DNA from: Candidatus Saccharimonadota bacterium
Lineage (GTDB): Bacteria; Bacteroidota; Bacteroidia; Flavobacteriales; Blattabacteriaceae
Reading direction: 5' to 3'
DNA length: 32,000 bases
NCBI RefSeq assembly: GCF_014252315.1
Contig: NZ_CP059216.1
Span: 478,038-510,037, forward strand
Part shown: positions 8,849 to 18,732 of the stretch, piece after piece
How the letters are laid out: the number at the start of each line of letters is the position of its first letter
Position numbering within the stretch: position 1 is the stretch's first letter
The notes under the pieces: model-generated
The model's input: the letters and a program-made list of their open reading frames with translations, nothing else
Databases searched by the model: none
Told to the model about the DNA's origin: nothing
Made by a program: the position numbers and the translations under genes

Positions 8849-10279
8849 ATGTTAAAAAAAAACCAAAATAAAACTGGTTCATATGATTTTTTTCATTGTA
8901 TAGAAAAAAATTTTAATAAAGCAGCTAAATTCATTTCTGTAGAAAAAGGTCTTTTAGAGCAAATTAAATTATGTAATTCTGTTTATAGAATAAATTTTCC
9001 AGTTAGAATAGGAAAAGAAATAAAAGTAATTGAATCATATAGAGTTCAACATTCTCATCATAAACTTCCTTGTAAAGGAGGTATTAGATATAGTATTAAA
9101 GTTAATCAAAACGAAATAATGACATTAGCAGCACTTATGACATATAAATGTGCTATAATGGATGTTCCATTTGGAGGAGCTAAAGGTGGCATAAAAATAG
9201 ATCCACAAACTATGTCAATAGACAATATAGAAAAGATAACTCGTCGTTATACTTCTGAATTAATAAAAAAAAATTTTATTGGACCTGGAATTGATGTTCC
9301 TGCTCCTGATTATGGATCTGGAGAAAGAGAAATGAGTTGGATTTTTGATACATTTCTTTCTTTAAACCCAGGAGATGTTAATGCATTAGCTTGTGTAACT
9401 GGAAAACCGATTTCACAAGGAGGAGTTAGAGGAAGAAAAGAAGCTACAGGTCTAGGTGTTTTTTATGGTATTAGAGAATTATGTAGAATGAAAGAAGAAA
9501 TGTTTTCTATTGGATTAGATATTGGAATAATTGGAAAAAAAATTATAATACAAGGACTAGGAAATGTTGGTTATCATGTAGCTAATTTTTTTTATAATTC
9601 TGGAGCTATAATTATAGCTTTGGCAGAAAGAGAAGGTGCAATATATAACGAAAATGGATTGAATATTTCTGATGTTCTTTCACATTTGAAAGAAACAGGA
9701 TCTATTTTAAATTTTCCAGGTGCAAAAAATATAAATAATACAGATAAAGCATTAGAATTAGAATGTGATATTTTAATTCCAGCAGCGTTAGAAAATGTAA
9801 TACATAAGAATAATGCTGATAAAATTAAAGCAAAAATTATAGGAGAAGCAGCTAATGGGCCTATAACTTATGATGCTGATAAAATACTTAGAAAAAAAGG
9901 TATTATAATCATTCCGGATATATACCTAAATGCTGGAGGTGTTACTGTTTCTTATTTTGAATGGCTTAAAAACTTAAGTCATGTTCGTTATGGAAGAGTA
10001 GAAAGAAAATTTAGTGAAAATATGAATTCAGAATTATTACAGATTATTGAAACAATTTGCAAAAAAAAAGTCTCTATAGAAGAGAAAAAAATTATATTAA
10101 GAGGTGCAAGTGAGATAGATTTAGTAAGAAGTGGGTTAGAAGATACTATGATTAATGGATTTCATAAAATACGTGATTTAAAAAAATCATTATGTATAAA
10201 TAGTACACGAACTGCAGCTTTTTTACTATCTATTAAAAAAATAGTTGATTCTTATAAAAAATTAGGAATTTTTCCATAA
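8849..10279 (+). CDS. gdhA: Glutamate dehydrogenase, GLUD (animal-mitochondrial-like) type
   Basis: 476 aa with YRVQHSHHKLPCKGGIRYS, LMTYKCAIMDVPFGGAKGG, GPGIDVPAPDYGSGEREMSWI, ACVTGKPISQGG, the Rossmann motif QGLGNVG, and NAGGVTVSYFEWLKNL. Confidence 0.95.
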   Translation: MLKKNQNKTGSYDFFHCIEKNFNKAAKFISVEKGLLEQIKLCNSVYRINFPVRIGKEIKVIESYRVQHSHHKLPCKGGIRYSIKVNQNEIMTLAALMTYKCAIMDVPFGGAKGGIKIDPQTMSIDNIEKITRRYTSELIKKNFIGPGIDVPAPDYGSGEREMSWIFDTFLSLNPGDVNALACVTGKPISQGGVRGRKEATGLGVFYGIRELCRMKEEMFSIGLDIGIIGKKIIIQGLGNVGYHVANFFYNSGAIIIALAEREGAIYNENGLNISDVLSHLKETGSILNFPGAKNINNTDKALELECDILIPAALENVIHKNNADKIKAKIIGEAANGPITYDADKILRKKGIIIIPDIYLNAGGVTVSYFEWLKNLSHVRYGRVERKFSENMNSELLQIIETICKKKVSIEEKKIILRGASEIDLVRSGLEDTMINGFHKIRDLKKSLCINSTRTAAFLLSIKKIVDSYKKLGIFP

Positions 10280-10299
10280 GATTTTAGAACAATATATAC

Positions 10300-11016
10300 A
10301 TGAAGTATAAAAGATCATTATTAAAACTAAGTGGAGAAGCTTTAATGGGTGATAATGAATTTGGATTACATTCTGCTAAACTTAAACAATATGCAGTAGA
10401 AGTTAAAAATGTAATAAAAATGGGAGGACAAGTTGCTATAGTAATAGGTGGAGGTAATATATTTAGAGGATTTTCTAGAATTAAAGAAAAAATAATAAAT
10501 CGCATAGAAGGAGATTACATGGGGATGTTAGCTACTGTTATAAATGGTATTGCATTTCAATCTTATTTAGAAAATGTAGGAGTATGCGCATATATTCAAA
10601 CAGCTATTAGAATGGATCAAATAGCTGAACCATTTGGAAAAAATAGTGCAATTCGTCATTTAGAAAAAGGTAGAGTAGTGATATTTGTTGCTGGAATAGG
10701 AAATCCTTATTTTACTACAGATACGGCAGCTGTATTACGTGCTATAGAAATTAAGGCAGATGTTTTATTAAAAGGAACTAGAGTAGATGGAATCTATACA
10801 ACTGATCCAGAAAAAGATAAATATGCTAAAAAATTTAAAAATATTTCATTTGAAATGGCATATCAAATGAGAATTAAAGTAATGGATCAAACTGCTTTTA
10901 TTCTAGGAAATGAAAATAATTTACCAATTATTATTTTCGATATAAATAGAAAAGGAAACTTTCAAAAAGTTATTTCTGGTGAAAAAATAGGTACATTAGT
11001 TTCTAAAACTAGATAA
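10300..11016 (+). CDS. pyrH: UMP kinase
   Basis: 238 aa with YKRSLLKLSGEAL, VAIVIGGGNIFRG, GNPYFTTDTAAVLRA and GTRVDGIYTTDP. Confidence 0.95.
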   Translation: MKYKRSLLKLSGEALMGDNEFGLHSAKLKQYAVEVKNVIKMGGQVAIVIGGGNIFRGFSRIKEKIINRIEGDYMGMLATVINGIAFQSYLENVGVCAYIQTAIRMDQIAEPFGKNSAIRHLEKGRVVIFVAGIGNPYFTTDTAAVLRAIEIKADVLLKGTRVDGIYTTDPEKDKYAKKFKNISFEMAYQMRIKVMDQTAFILGNENNLPIIIFDINRKGNFQKVISGEKIGTLVSKTR

Positions 11017-11025
11017 AGTATATTT

Positions 11026-11580
11026 ATGGAAGAATTAAAAGATATCATTTTTTCTTGTAAAAAAGAAATGAAAATAATTTTTTGTAATCTAAAAAAAGAA
11101 ATTAATCATATTAGATTAGGAAGTAAATCTATTGTTTCTTTTTTAGAAAAAATAAAAGTAAAATATTATGGATCATTTATTACATTAATAGAAATATCTA
11201 GTATAACAATTGTAGATAATATGAATATTATTGTTACACCTTGGGATTCTAATACAACATCTTTAATTGATAAAGCTATTATAAACGCTAATTTAGGATT
11301 TACTCCTACTAATAAAGGAACTAGTATTCATATACATATTCCTGTTTTAACAGAAGAGAGTAGAAATGATTTAGTAAAAAAAATAAAAAATTATACAGAT
11401 CAATCAAAAATACTTATAAGAAACATAAGAAAAAAATATAATCAATATTTAAAAAAATTAAATTTTTCTGAAGATTTAAATAAAATAGGAGAAAATAAAA
11501 TTCAAAAAATAACAAATGAATATATTGAAAAAATAAATATTTTATTTTTTATAAAAGAAAAAGAAATATTGACAATATAG
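11026..11580 (+). CDS. frr: Ribosome recycling factor
   Basis: 184 aa, immediately after pyrH (canonical pyrH-frr pair). RRF-like VKYYGSFITLIEISSITIVDNMNIIVTPWD and IPVLTEESRNDLVK. Confidence 0.9.
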   Translation: MEELKDIIFSCKKEMKIIFCNLKKEINHIRLGSKSIVSFLEKIKVKYYGSFITLIEISSITIVDNMNIIVTPWDSNTTSLIDKAIINANLGFTPTNKGTSIHIHIPVLTEESRNDLVKKIKNYTDQSKILIRNIRKKYNQYLKKLNFSEDLNKIGENKIQKITNEYIEKINILFFIKEKEILTI

Positions 11581-11587
11581 ATATAAA

Positions 11588-13009
11588 ATGAAAAAAAAAT
11601 ATTCAATTAAAGAAATTTTAAATAAAAATATTTATTTTCTTAATAAAGAAATATTTGTTGAAGGATGGATAAAATCTTTTCATCATTCTATTTTTATTAT
11701 TCTTAATGATGGTTCTACAGTTAAAAATTTACAAGTCGTTTTACCAAAAAATTTTGATAAAAATATAGTAAAAAAAATAACTGTAGGATCATCTGTTAAA
11801 ATAACAGGAATAGTAAAAAAAAGTATAGGATCAAAACAATTTGTTGAATTAAAATTATCAAATATATTTTTTTATACATCAGTACCATCTGATATTTTAC
11901 AAAAATCTATATTACAGCCTAAAAAACATAGTTTAGAAAAAATTAGAGAAAATGCACATTTACGATTTCAAACAAAAATATTTAGTTGTGTAATGCGTAT
12001 TCGCAATTATATATCTTTTTCTGTTCATAAATTTTTTCAAAAAAAAAATTTTTTTTATTTACATACACCTATTATAACGACTTCTGATTGTGAAGGATCA
12101 GGAAAAATGTTTAGAATAACTACATTAAATATTATAAAAGAAAATGATTATAAAACTTTATCAAATGATTTTTTCAAAAAAAAAACATATTTAAGTGTAT
12201 CAGGACAATTAGAAGCTGAATCTGCTATAATAGGATTAGGAAAAGTTTATACTTTTGGACCAGTATTTAGAGCAGAAAATTCAAATACTACTAGACATTT
12301 ATCTGAATTTTGGATGATAGAACCAGAAATAGCTTTTTCTTCTTTAAAAGAAAGTATAGATTTAGCTGAAAAATTATTGAAATTTATTATTAATTATGTT
12401 TTAAAATACTGTATAGAAGATTTATTATTTTTAGATGAAAATACAAAAAAATGTAATAAAGGAAAAAAAAAATTTATTGTTGAAAGATTAAAACATATAT
12501 ATAAAACTCCTTTTCATAAAATTAGTTATACAGAATCTATAAATATTTTAAAAAAAGAAATAGAAAAAAAAAATATAAAATTTTCTTATCCAATTTTTTG
12601 GGGTGTTGATTTACAATCTGAACATGAACAATATATAACAAATATTTATTTTAATAATACACCAGTTATTATATTTGATTATCCTTCTTCTATAAAAGCC
12701 TTTTATATGCGTGTAAATGATTATAATGAAAAAACAGTTAGCTCTATGGATATTTTATTTCCAGAAATAGGAGAAATTGTTGGAGGATCACAAAGAGAAG
12801 AACGTTATGAATTTTTATTAAAAAAAATAAAAAAACTAAACATAGATGAAAATACATTATGGTGGTATTTAGACACACGTCGTTTTGGATCAGTACCTCA
12901 TAGTGGATTTGGATTAGGATTTGATAGATTAGTTCAATTTATTACAGGTATGAATAATATTCGAGATGTTATTCCCTTTCCAAGAACACCAGGAAATGCG
13001 GAATTTTAG
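11588..13009 (+). CDS. asnS: Asparagine--tRNA ligase
   Basis: 473 aa with an OB-fold N-terminus. Class II motif 2 is FRAENSNTTRHLSEFWMIEPE, followed by GGSQREE, and motif 3 is GFGLGFDRLVQF. Confidence 0.95.
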   Translation: MKKKYSIKEILNKNIYFLNKEIFVEGWIKSFHHSIFIILNDGSTVKNLQVVLPKNFDKNIVKKITVGSSVKITGIVKKSIGSKQFVELKLSNIFFYTSVPSDILQKSILQPKKHSLEKIRENAHLRFQTKIFSCVMRIRNYISFSVHKFFQKKNFFYLHTPIITTSDCEGSGKMFRITTLNIIKENDYKTLSNDFFKKKTYLSVSGQLEAESAIIGLGKVYTFGPVFRAENSNTTRHLSEFWMIEPEIAFSSLKESIDLAEKLLKFIINYVLKYCIEDLLFLDENTKKCNKGKKKFIVERLKHIYKTPFHKISYTESINILKKEIEKKNIKFSYPIFWGVDLQSEHEQYITNIYFNNTPVIIFDYPSSIKAFYMRVNDYNEKTVSSMDILFPEIGEIVGGSQREERYEFLLKKIKKLNIDENTLWWYLDTRRFGSVPHSGFGLGFDRLVQFITGMNNIRDVIPFPRTPGNAEF

Positions 13010-13025
13010 ATAAAAAATTTTTTTA

Positions 13026-14489
13026 ATGATAAAACAACAATTATTACAAAAAGGACAACATAAACTTTCTCCACAGCAAATAAAATTAATGAAATTAGTT
13101 CAATTATCTGTTGTGGATTTTGAACAAAAAGTTCAAAAAGAATTAGAAGAAAATCCAGCTTTAGAAGAAGAATCATATTTTTCTAATGAAATTTCTTCTG
13201 AAAATGAAAAAGAAAATATTAATATTGAATCATCAGAAAATGAAAAAATTACTCAAGAAGAAAATATAAATTTAGATTTATCAGAAATAGAAGATTATTT
13301 TAGTTATGATGAAATTGAAGAATATAAATTTATTAATAAAACAAATCTGATTAATAAAATACATGTTGTATCTAAATGTTCTTTTCAAGAATATTTAAAA
13401 AATCAATTACATACTTTTAAGTTAAGTCCCAATGATATTTTAATATCAGATTTTATATTAGGTAATATAGATAATAATGGATATTTAAGAAGAGAAATAA
13501 ATTCTATAATAAATGATATTTTTTTGATGTTTAAAATTTCAGTAAATGAAAAAAAAATTAATAAATTATTAATAAAATATATACAAAAACTAGAACCCGA
13601 TGGTATCGGTGCCAGAAATTTACAAGAATGTTTATTAATACAATTAGAAAAAAAAAAAATAAATGAAAAAATTATTCTTGCAAAGAAAATTATTAATGAT
13701 CATTTTGAATCTTTTGTAAAAAAACATTACGAAAAAATACAAAAAAAATTAGGATTAAATAAAGATAAATTAAGAGAAATATTATATCAAATAAAAAAAT
13801 TAAATCCTAAACCAGGTAAATTATATTCAGAAAATTATAGAATATTAGATTCTATTATACCAGATTTTACTATATCTATTATAGATGAAAAATTAGAATT
13901 AACTATAAATCAAAGAAATATACCAGAACTAAAAATATCACCTTTATATATAAAAATGTATAAAAATTATACACAATTTGATAAGAAAGATGAAAAAACT
14001 ATAATATTTATTAAAGATAAAATTAATTCAGCAAAATGGTTTGTTGATGCTGTTAAACAAAGAAAAAATACACTTATGTTAACTATGAATGCCATAATGA
14101 ATTATCAAAAAGAATATTTTTTTACAGGAGATCCTCTTAAAATAAGACCTATGATTCTAAAAGATATTTCTCAATATATTGGAGTAGGAATATCAACAGT
14201 ATCACGTGTAGCAAATAGTAAATATGTAAGTACTCCTTATGGAACATTTTTAGTTAAAAGTTTTTTTTCAGAAAAAATGAAAAATGTAGAAGGAGAAAAT
14301 ATTTCTTCAATTGAAATTAAAAAAATTATAGGAGAATCTATATCTAAAGAAAATAAAGAAAAACCTCTTACAGATGAAAAATTATCTATAATTCTTAAAA
14401 AGAAAGGATACTTAGTTGCTAGAAGAACTATAGCAAAATATAGAGATCAAATGCACATACCTATATCTAGAATGAGAAAAATGATATAA
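13026..14489 (+). CDS. rpoN: RNA polymerase sigma-54 factor
   Basis: 487 aa. Region I is QKLSPQQIKLMKLVQLSVVDFEQKVQKELEENPALEE, the HTH is ISTVSRVANSKYVSTPYG, and the RpoN box is ARRTIAKYR. As I recall, asnS-rpoN adjacency is typical of Flavobacteriia. Confidence 0.93.
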   Translation: MIKQQLLQKGQHKLSPQQIKLMKLVQLSVVDFEQKVQKELEENPALEEESYFSNEISSENEKENINIESSENEKITQEENINLDLSEIEDYFSYDEIEEYKFINKTNLINKIHVVSKCSFQEYLKNQLHTFKLSPNDILISDFILGNIDNNGYLRREINSIINDIFLMFKISVNEKKINKLLIKYIQKLEPDGIGARNLQECLLIQLEKKKINEKIILAKKIINDHFESFVKKHYEKIQKKLGLNKDKLREILYQIKKLNPKPGKLYSENYRILDSIIPDFTISIIDEKLELTINQRNIPELKISPLYIKMYKNYTQFDKKDEKTIIFIKDKINSAKWFVDAVKQRKNTLMLTMNAIMNYQKEYFFTGDPLKIRPMILKDISQYIGVGISTVSRVANSKYVSTPYGTFLVKSFFSEKMKNVEGENISSIEIKKIIGESISKENKEKPLTDEKLSIILKKKGYLVARRTIAKYRDQMHIPISRMRKMI

Positions 14490-14497
14490 TAAATATA

Positions 14498-15877
14498 TTA
14501 TAATAAATCATTATTTATTACTATAGTTTTCCAATTAGAAAATTCTTTAATAGAATGTATAGATAATTCTCTTCCATATCCTGATTTTTTTATTCCTCCA
14601 AAAGGAAGATAAGGATGTGATTTAACAATATCATTTATAAAAACCATACCAGTATTTATATTTTTTGAGATACTTTTTGCTTTATCTATATTATTTGTCC
14701 AAATAGAAGCTCCTAATCCATATATTGTATTATTTACAATTGATGGTATTTCCTTTTCTTTATAAAAAGGAATTAAAATAGCTATTGGACCAAATAATTC
14801 TTCTTGAACCATATTTTCTTTTGTAATCTTTAATAAAGAAGGAGAAAAAAAATTTCTATTTCTTTTAGATTCTAAACAAACAAATGCTCCATTTAATATA
14901 ATATCTTTATATTGTTTATATAATTTTTCTGAAAAATCATACCTAGAAATATATCCTATTTTTGTTTTATCATTATATAAATCTCCTTCTTTAAATTTTT
15001 TCATTTCTTTTATAATCAAATCTATAAATTCATTAATAACAAATTTATCTACAATAAATCTTTTTGCAGATATACATGTTTGACCTGTATTATTTAACCT
15101 GGATTCAACAGCAAATTTAGCAACTTTATCTATATTTTTAACATCTTTTAAAACAATAAAAGAATCATTCCCTCCTAATTCTAAAATAGATTTTTTTATA
15201 TATTTACCAGATATAGACCCTATAATACTTCCAGTATTTGTACTTCCTGTAAAAGTAACTCCCTGTACTATATCATTAGATATGATATATTCTATCATAT
15301 TATTTTTAACTTTTAATACTTGAAATACTCCTTTTGGAAATCCAGATTCTATAAATATTTTTTCTATTATTAAAGAACATCCTATAGTATTAAGAGCAGG
15401 TTTTATTAAAATCACATTTCCCAATATTAAATTAGGAATAGAAGATCTCATAATTTGCCAAATAGGATAATTCCAAGGAGTAATTCCTAATATACATCCT
15501 ATTGGCTCATATTTTATATAATACTTTTTTTGAAAAGTATATTTTTTATCATGTTTAATATTTATATCTTGAACAAAAAGATCCTCTTTTATATCACAAT
15601 AATATTTACATAATTTTATACTTTTATCAACTTCATATTTAGATTGTATTATAGGTTTACCCATTTCTTTTGTTATATATGTGGATAAAATATCTATTTT
15701 TTTTTTCATACATGAATACAATTTTTCAATAAAAAAAATTCTTGTATCTAATGTAATATTATTCCATTCTTTATATGAAGAACTAGATTTTAATAAAATG
15801 TTATCAATTTCTTTTTTAGAAAAAAAATTATACGTTTCTATAATAGTATTATCAACTGGATTAATAGTATTAAACAT
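14498..15877 (-). CDS. NAD(P)-dependent aldehyde dehydrogenase, succinate-semialdehyde dehydrogenase-like
   Basis: 459 aa of the ALDH superfamily. FTGSTNTGS, catalytic Glu in LELGGND, catalytic Cys in NTGQTCISAKRF, and EELFGPI are present. Substrate assignment (gabD-like) is by family resemblance only. Confidence 0.8.
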   Translation of the reverse strand: MFNTINPVDNTIIETYNFFSKKEIDNILLKSSSSYKEWNNITLDTRIFFIEKLYSCMKKKIDILSTYITKEMGKPIIQSKYEVDKSIKLCKYYCDIKEDLFVQDINIKHDKKYTFQKKYYIKYEPIGCILGITPWNYPIWQIMRSSIPNLILGNVILIKPALNTIGCSLIIEKIFIESGFPKGVFQVLKVKNNMIEYIISNDIVQGVTFTGSTNTGSIIGSISGKYIKKSILELGGNDSFIVLKDVKNIDKVAKFAVESRLNNTGQTCISAKRFIVDKFVINEFIDLIIKEMKKFKEGDLYNDKTKIGYISRYDFSEKLYKQYKDIILNGAFVCLESKRNRNFFSPSLLKITKENMVQEELFGPIAILIPFYKEKEIPSIVNNTIYGLGASIWTNNIDKAKSISKNINTGMVFINDIVKSHPYLPFGGIKKSGYGRELSIHSIKEFSNWKTIVINNDLL

Positions 15878-15916
15878 ATTTTTTTAATAAATATTAAAAT
15901 TTTTTAACTAAAAATT

Positions 15917-16330
15917 TTATTTGTTAAAATAATTTGCGTAATGTTTTATTTTTTTTAAAAGTAATATTAAACCATTAGCTCTAATAGGAGAAAGAAAAGT
16001 TGTTAATTTTAATTCGTAAATTAAATTATTATTTGATGATACAATTTCATATGGGAAAAGATCTGAATATAAATATATCATAAGAGCGGCCATTCCTTTA
16101 GGTAATAATGCATCACTATCTGCATCAAAAAAAAGTTTATTATTATTAAATATAACTTCTAACCAAACTTTTGATTGACACCCATGAATTAATTTATCTT
16201 CAGATCTAAAATCTGAAGATTTTTTAGTTAATTTTTCACCTAAATCAATTAAATATCTATATCTTTTTTCCCAATCTTTTAAAGATTCAAATTTTTTTTT
16301 TATTTCCTTTTCTCTTCTTTCCAAATCCAT
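15917..16330 (-). CDS. sufE: Cysteine desulfuration (sulfur acceptor) protein SufE
   Basis: 137 aa with the SufE signature around the acceptor Cys: LIHGCQSKVWL. The N-terminal DWEKRYRYLIDLG is typical of the family. Confidence 0.85.
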   Translation of the reverse strand: MDLERREKEIKKKFESLKDWEKRYRYLIDLGEKLTKKSSDFRSEDKLIHGCQSKVWLEVIFNNNKLFFDADSDALLPKGMAALMIYLYSDLFPYEIVSSNNNLIYELKLTTFLSPIRANGLILLLKKIKHYANYFNK

Positions 16331-16384
16331 ATTTTATTGATTATTTTTGTAATATTTTTAATCAAAATTTATTATTTATTTACT

Positions 16385-18685
16385 TTAAGATAATTCTTTT
16401 CTTGCTATTTTTGTTGCTTTAACCATATTTTTAATAGAATCCAAAACTTCATTCCATTTTCTAGTTTTTAAACCACAATCTGGATTAATCCAAATATTTT
16501 CTTTATATAAAAAATTAGCGGCTTTTTTTATTAAATCATAAATTTCCATTACTGATGGAATTCTTGGAGAATGAATATCGTACACTCCTGGACCTATTTC
16601 ATTTGGATAATAAAAATCAGAAAAATTTTTCAATAATTCCATATTAGATCTAGCTGATTCTATTGTAATAACATCTGCATCTAAATCAGATATTTGTTTA
16701 ATTATATCATTAAATTCACTATAACACATATGGGTATGTATTTGAGTTTCATCTTTTACTCCACTTGATGAAATACGAAATGATTTAATAGACCAACTAA
16801 AATAATATTTCCAATTTTTTCTTTTTAATGGAAGACCTTCTCTTAAAGCAGGTTCATCTATTTGTATAATATTAATTCCAAGTTTTTCTAAAGATAAAAC
16901 TTCATCTCTAATAGCAAATGCTATTTGATAAGAAGTTTTATATATTGGTTGATCATCTCTAACAAATGACCATTTTATTATAGTAACTGGTCCAGTTAAC
17001 ATTCCTTTTATAAATTTATTAGTATTAGATTGTGCAAAACAAATCCAATCAGTTGTCATATCACCAATTCTACTAACATCTCCATAAATAACAGGAGGTT
17101 TTACGCATCTACTTCCATAACTTTGAACCCATCCATAATCAGTAGATAAAATTCCATTTAATTTTTCTGAAAAATATTCTACCATATCAGTTCTTTCAAA
17201 TTCTCCATGTACTAAAACATCTAATCCAATTTCTTCTTGTTTTTTAATGGCATATATAATAAAACTTTTTATTTTTTTTACATATTCTTTTTCACTAATT
17301 TTTTTATTTTTAAACTTATTTCTTATATCTCTTAATTCTTTTGTTTGAGGTAAAGATCCTATAGTTGTAGTAGGAAACAATGGAAAATTAAATTTCTCTT
17401 TTTGTTTTTTTTGTCTTATAGAAAAATCGTTTTTTCTTTGTATATATTTATTTGAAATATTATCAGATCTAAGTTTTACTTCTTTATTGTGAATAATAGT
17501 AGAATTTTCTAATTTTTTTATTAAAAAAGAATTTTTTAATAAAATATTTCTATCTCCTTCTAAAATTTTTTCTATATCATTTAATTCTTTAATTTTTTGT
17601 TTTGCAAAAGACATTCTTTCTTTTATATCTAAATGAATATTATTTTCTTTATCTAAATCAATAGGAATATGTATTAGAGAACAACTAGGTGCAATCATTA
17701 TTCTATCTTTTCCTATTGAAAAAATAGCTTTTTTAATTTTATCAATAGTATCATTATACCTATTTTTCCATATATTTCTTCCATTAACTATTCCCATAGA
17801 TAAAATTGTTTTTGAATCTTTTATAAAAGATAAAACATCTTTTAATTGATTTGGATCTTCAACTAAATCTATATGTATAGCTGTTATATATTCATTAAAA
17901 TTTTTTATAATAGATAAATTATCTAATATTCCATCAAAATAAGATGTTAATATAATTTTTACATCAGATAAAGAAAAATAATTATATATTTTTTTATACG
18001 CATATTGAAATGCTTCTTTTTCTTTATCATATAAATCCATTGATAATATAGGTTCATCTAATTGAATCCATTTTATTCCTTTATTTAATAATTTATTAAT
18101 AATTTCTATATAAACAGAAACAATATTTTCTATCAAATCCATTTTATGAAATGTATTATCTTTTTCTTTTCCTAAAGAAAGATAAGTAACTGGACCTATT
18201 AATACTGGTTTAATTTTATCTGTTGAATCTACTATATTATTTAATTCTTTTATTTCATTAAATAATTTTTTAGAGTATATAAAAAACTTTTGATTTTTAG
18301 TAAATATTGGAACAATATAATGATAATTAGTGTTAAACCATTTAGTCATTTCCATTGCTTTGATATCAAATTTATGTTTTTGATATCCTCTTGCCATAGA
18401 AAAATATAAATCAATATCATTTTTAAATTTTAAGTTAAAATAAGAATCAGGAATTGATCCTATTAAAAAAGACATATCTAATACATGATCATAAAAACTA
18501 AAATCATTACATGGTATTAAATCTATTCCATAATGTTTTTGAATATTCCAATTTTCTATTCTTATTTTTTTACCTATTTCAAATAATTTTACTGAATCAA
18601 TTTTTCCATTCCAATAAGATTCACAAGCTTTTTTTAATTCTCTTTGTTCTCCTATTCTAGGAAATCCTAAATTATGCTTTAACAT
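16385..18685 (-). CDS. metE: Cobalamin-independent methionine synthase (5-methyltetrahydropteroyltriglutamate--homocysteine S-methyltransferase)
   Basis: 766 aa with a two-barrel MetE layout. Zn ligands are intact (HTHMCYSEF, ITIESARS, NPDCGLKTR). The N-terminus is LGFPRIGEQRELKKA. Confidence 0.96.
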   Translation of the reverse strand: MLKHNLGFPRIGEQRELKKACESYWNGKIDSVKLFEIGKKIRIENWNIQKHYGIDLIPCNDFSFYDHVLDMSFLIGSIPDSYFNLKFKNDIDLYFSMARGYQKHKFDIKAMEMTKWFNTNYHYIVPIFTKNQKFFIYSKKLFNEIKELNNIVDSTDKIKPVLIGPVTYLSLGKEKDNTFHKMDLIENIVSVYIEIINKLLNKGIKWIQLDEPILSMDLYDKEKEAFQYAYKKIYNYFSLSDVKIILTSYFDGILDNLSIIKNFNEYITAIHIDLVEDPNQLKDVLSFIKDSKTILSMGIVNGRNIWKNRYNDTIDKIKKAIFSIGKDRIMIAPSCSLIHIPIDLDKENNIHLDIKERMSFAKQKIKELNDIEKILEGDRNILLKNSFLIKKLENSTIIHNKEVKLRSDNISNKYIQRKNDFSIRQKKQKEKFNFPLFPTTTIGSLPQTKELRDIRNKFKNKKISEKEYVKKIKSFIIYAIKKQEEIGLDVLVHGEFERTDMVEYFSEKLNGILSTDYGWVQSYGSRCVKPPVIYGDVSRIGDMTTDWICFAQSNTNKFIKGMLTGPVTIIKWSFVRDDQPIYKTSYQIAFAIRDEVLSLEKLGINIIQIDEPALREGLPLKRKNWKYYFSWSIKSFRISSSGVKDETQIHTHMCYSEFNDIIKQISDLDADVITIESARSNMELLKNFSDFYYPNEIGPGVYDIHSPRIPSVMEIYDLIKKAANFLYKENIWINPDCGLKTRKWNEVLDSIKNMVKATKIARKELS

Positions 18686-18732
18686 TATTAATTTTATATT
18701 ACAACTTATACTAATAAAATATAAATCATTAA

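Noticed and set aside
12039-12056. A10 followed by T8 (a perfect A/T palindrome-like tract) as a structural or regulatory element
   Set aside because: It lies in frame inside asnS, encoding QKKNFFY. It is better explained as compositional drift, and it is included in the homopolymer finding only.
18686-18732. Possible cobalamin or SAM riboswitch upstream of metE
   Set aside because: Only 47 nt separate metE from the upstream gene and the spacer is almost pure A/T. That is far too short and unstructured for either riboswitch class.
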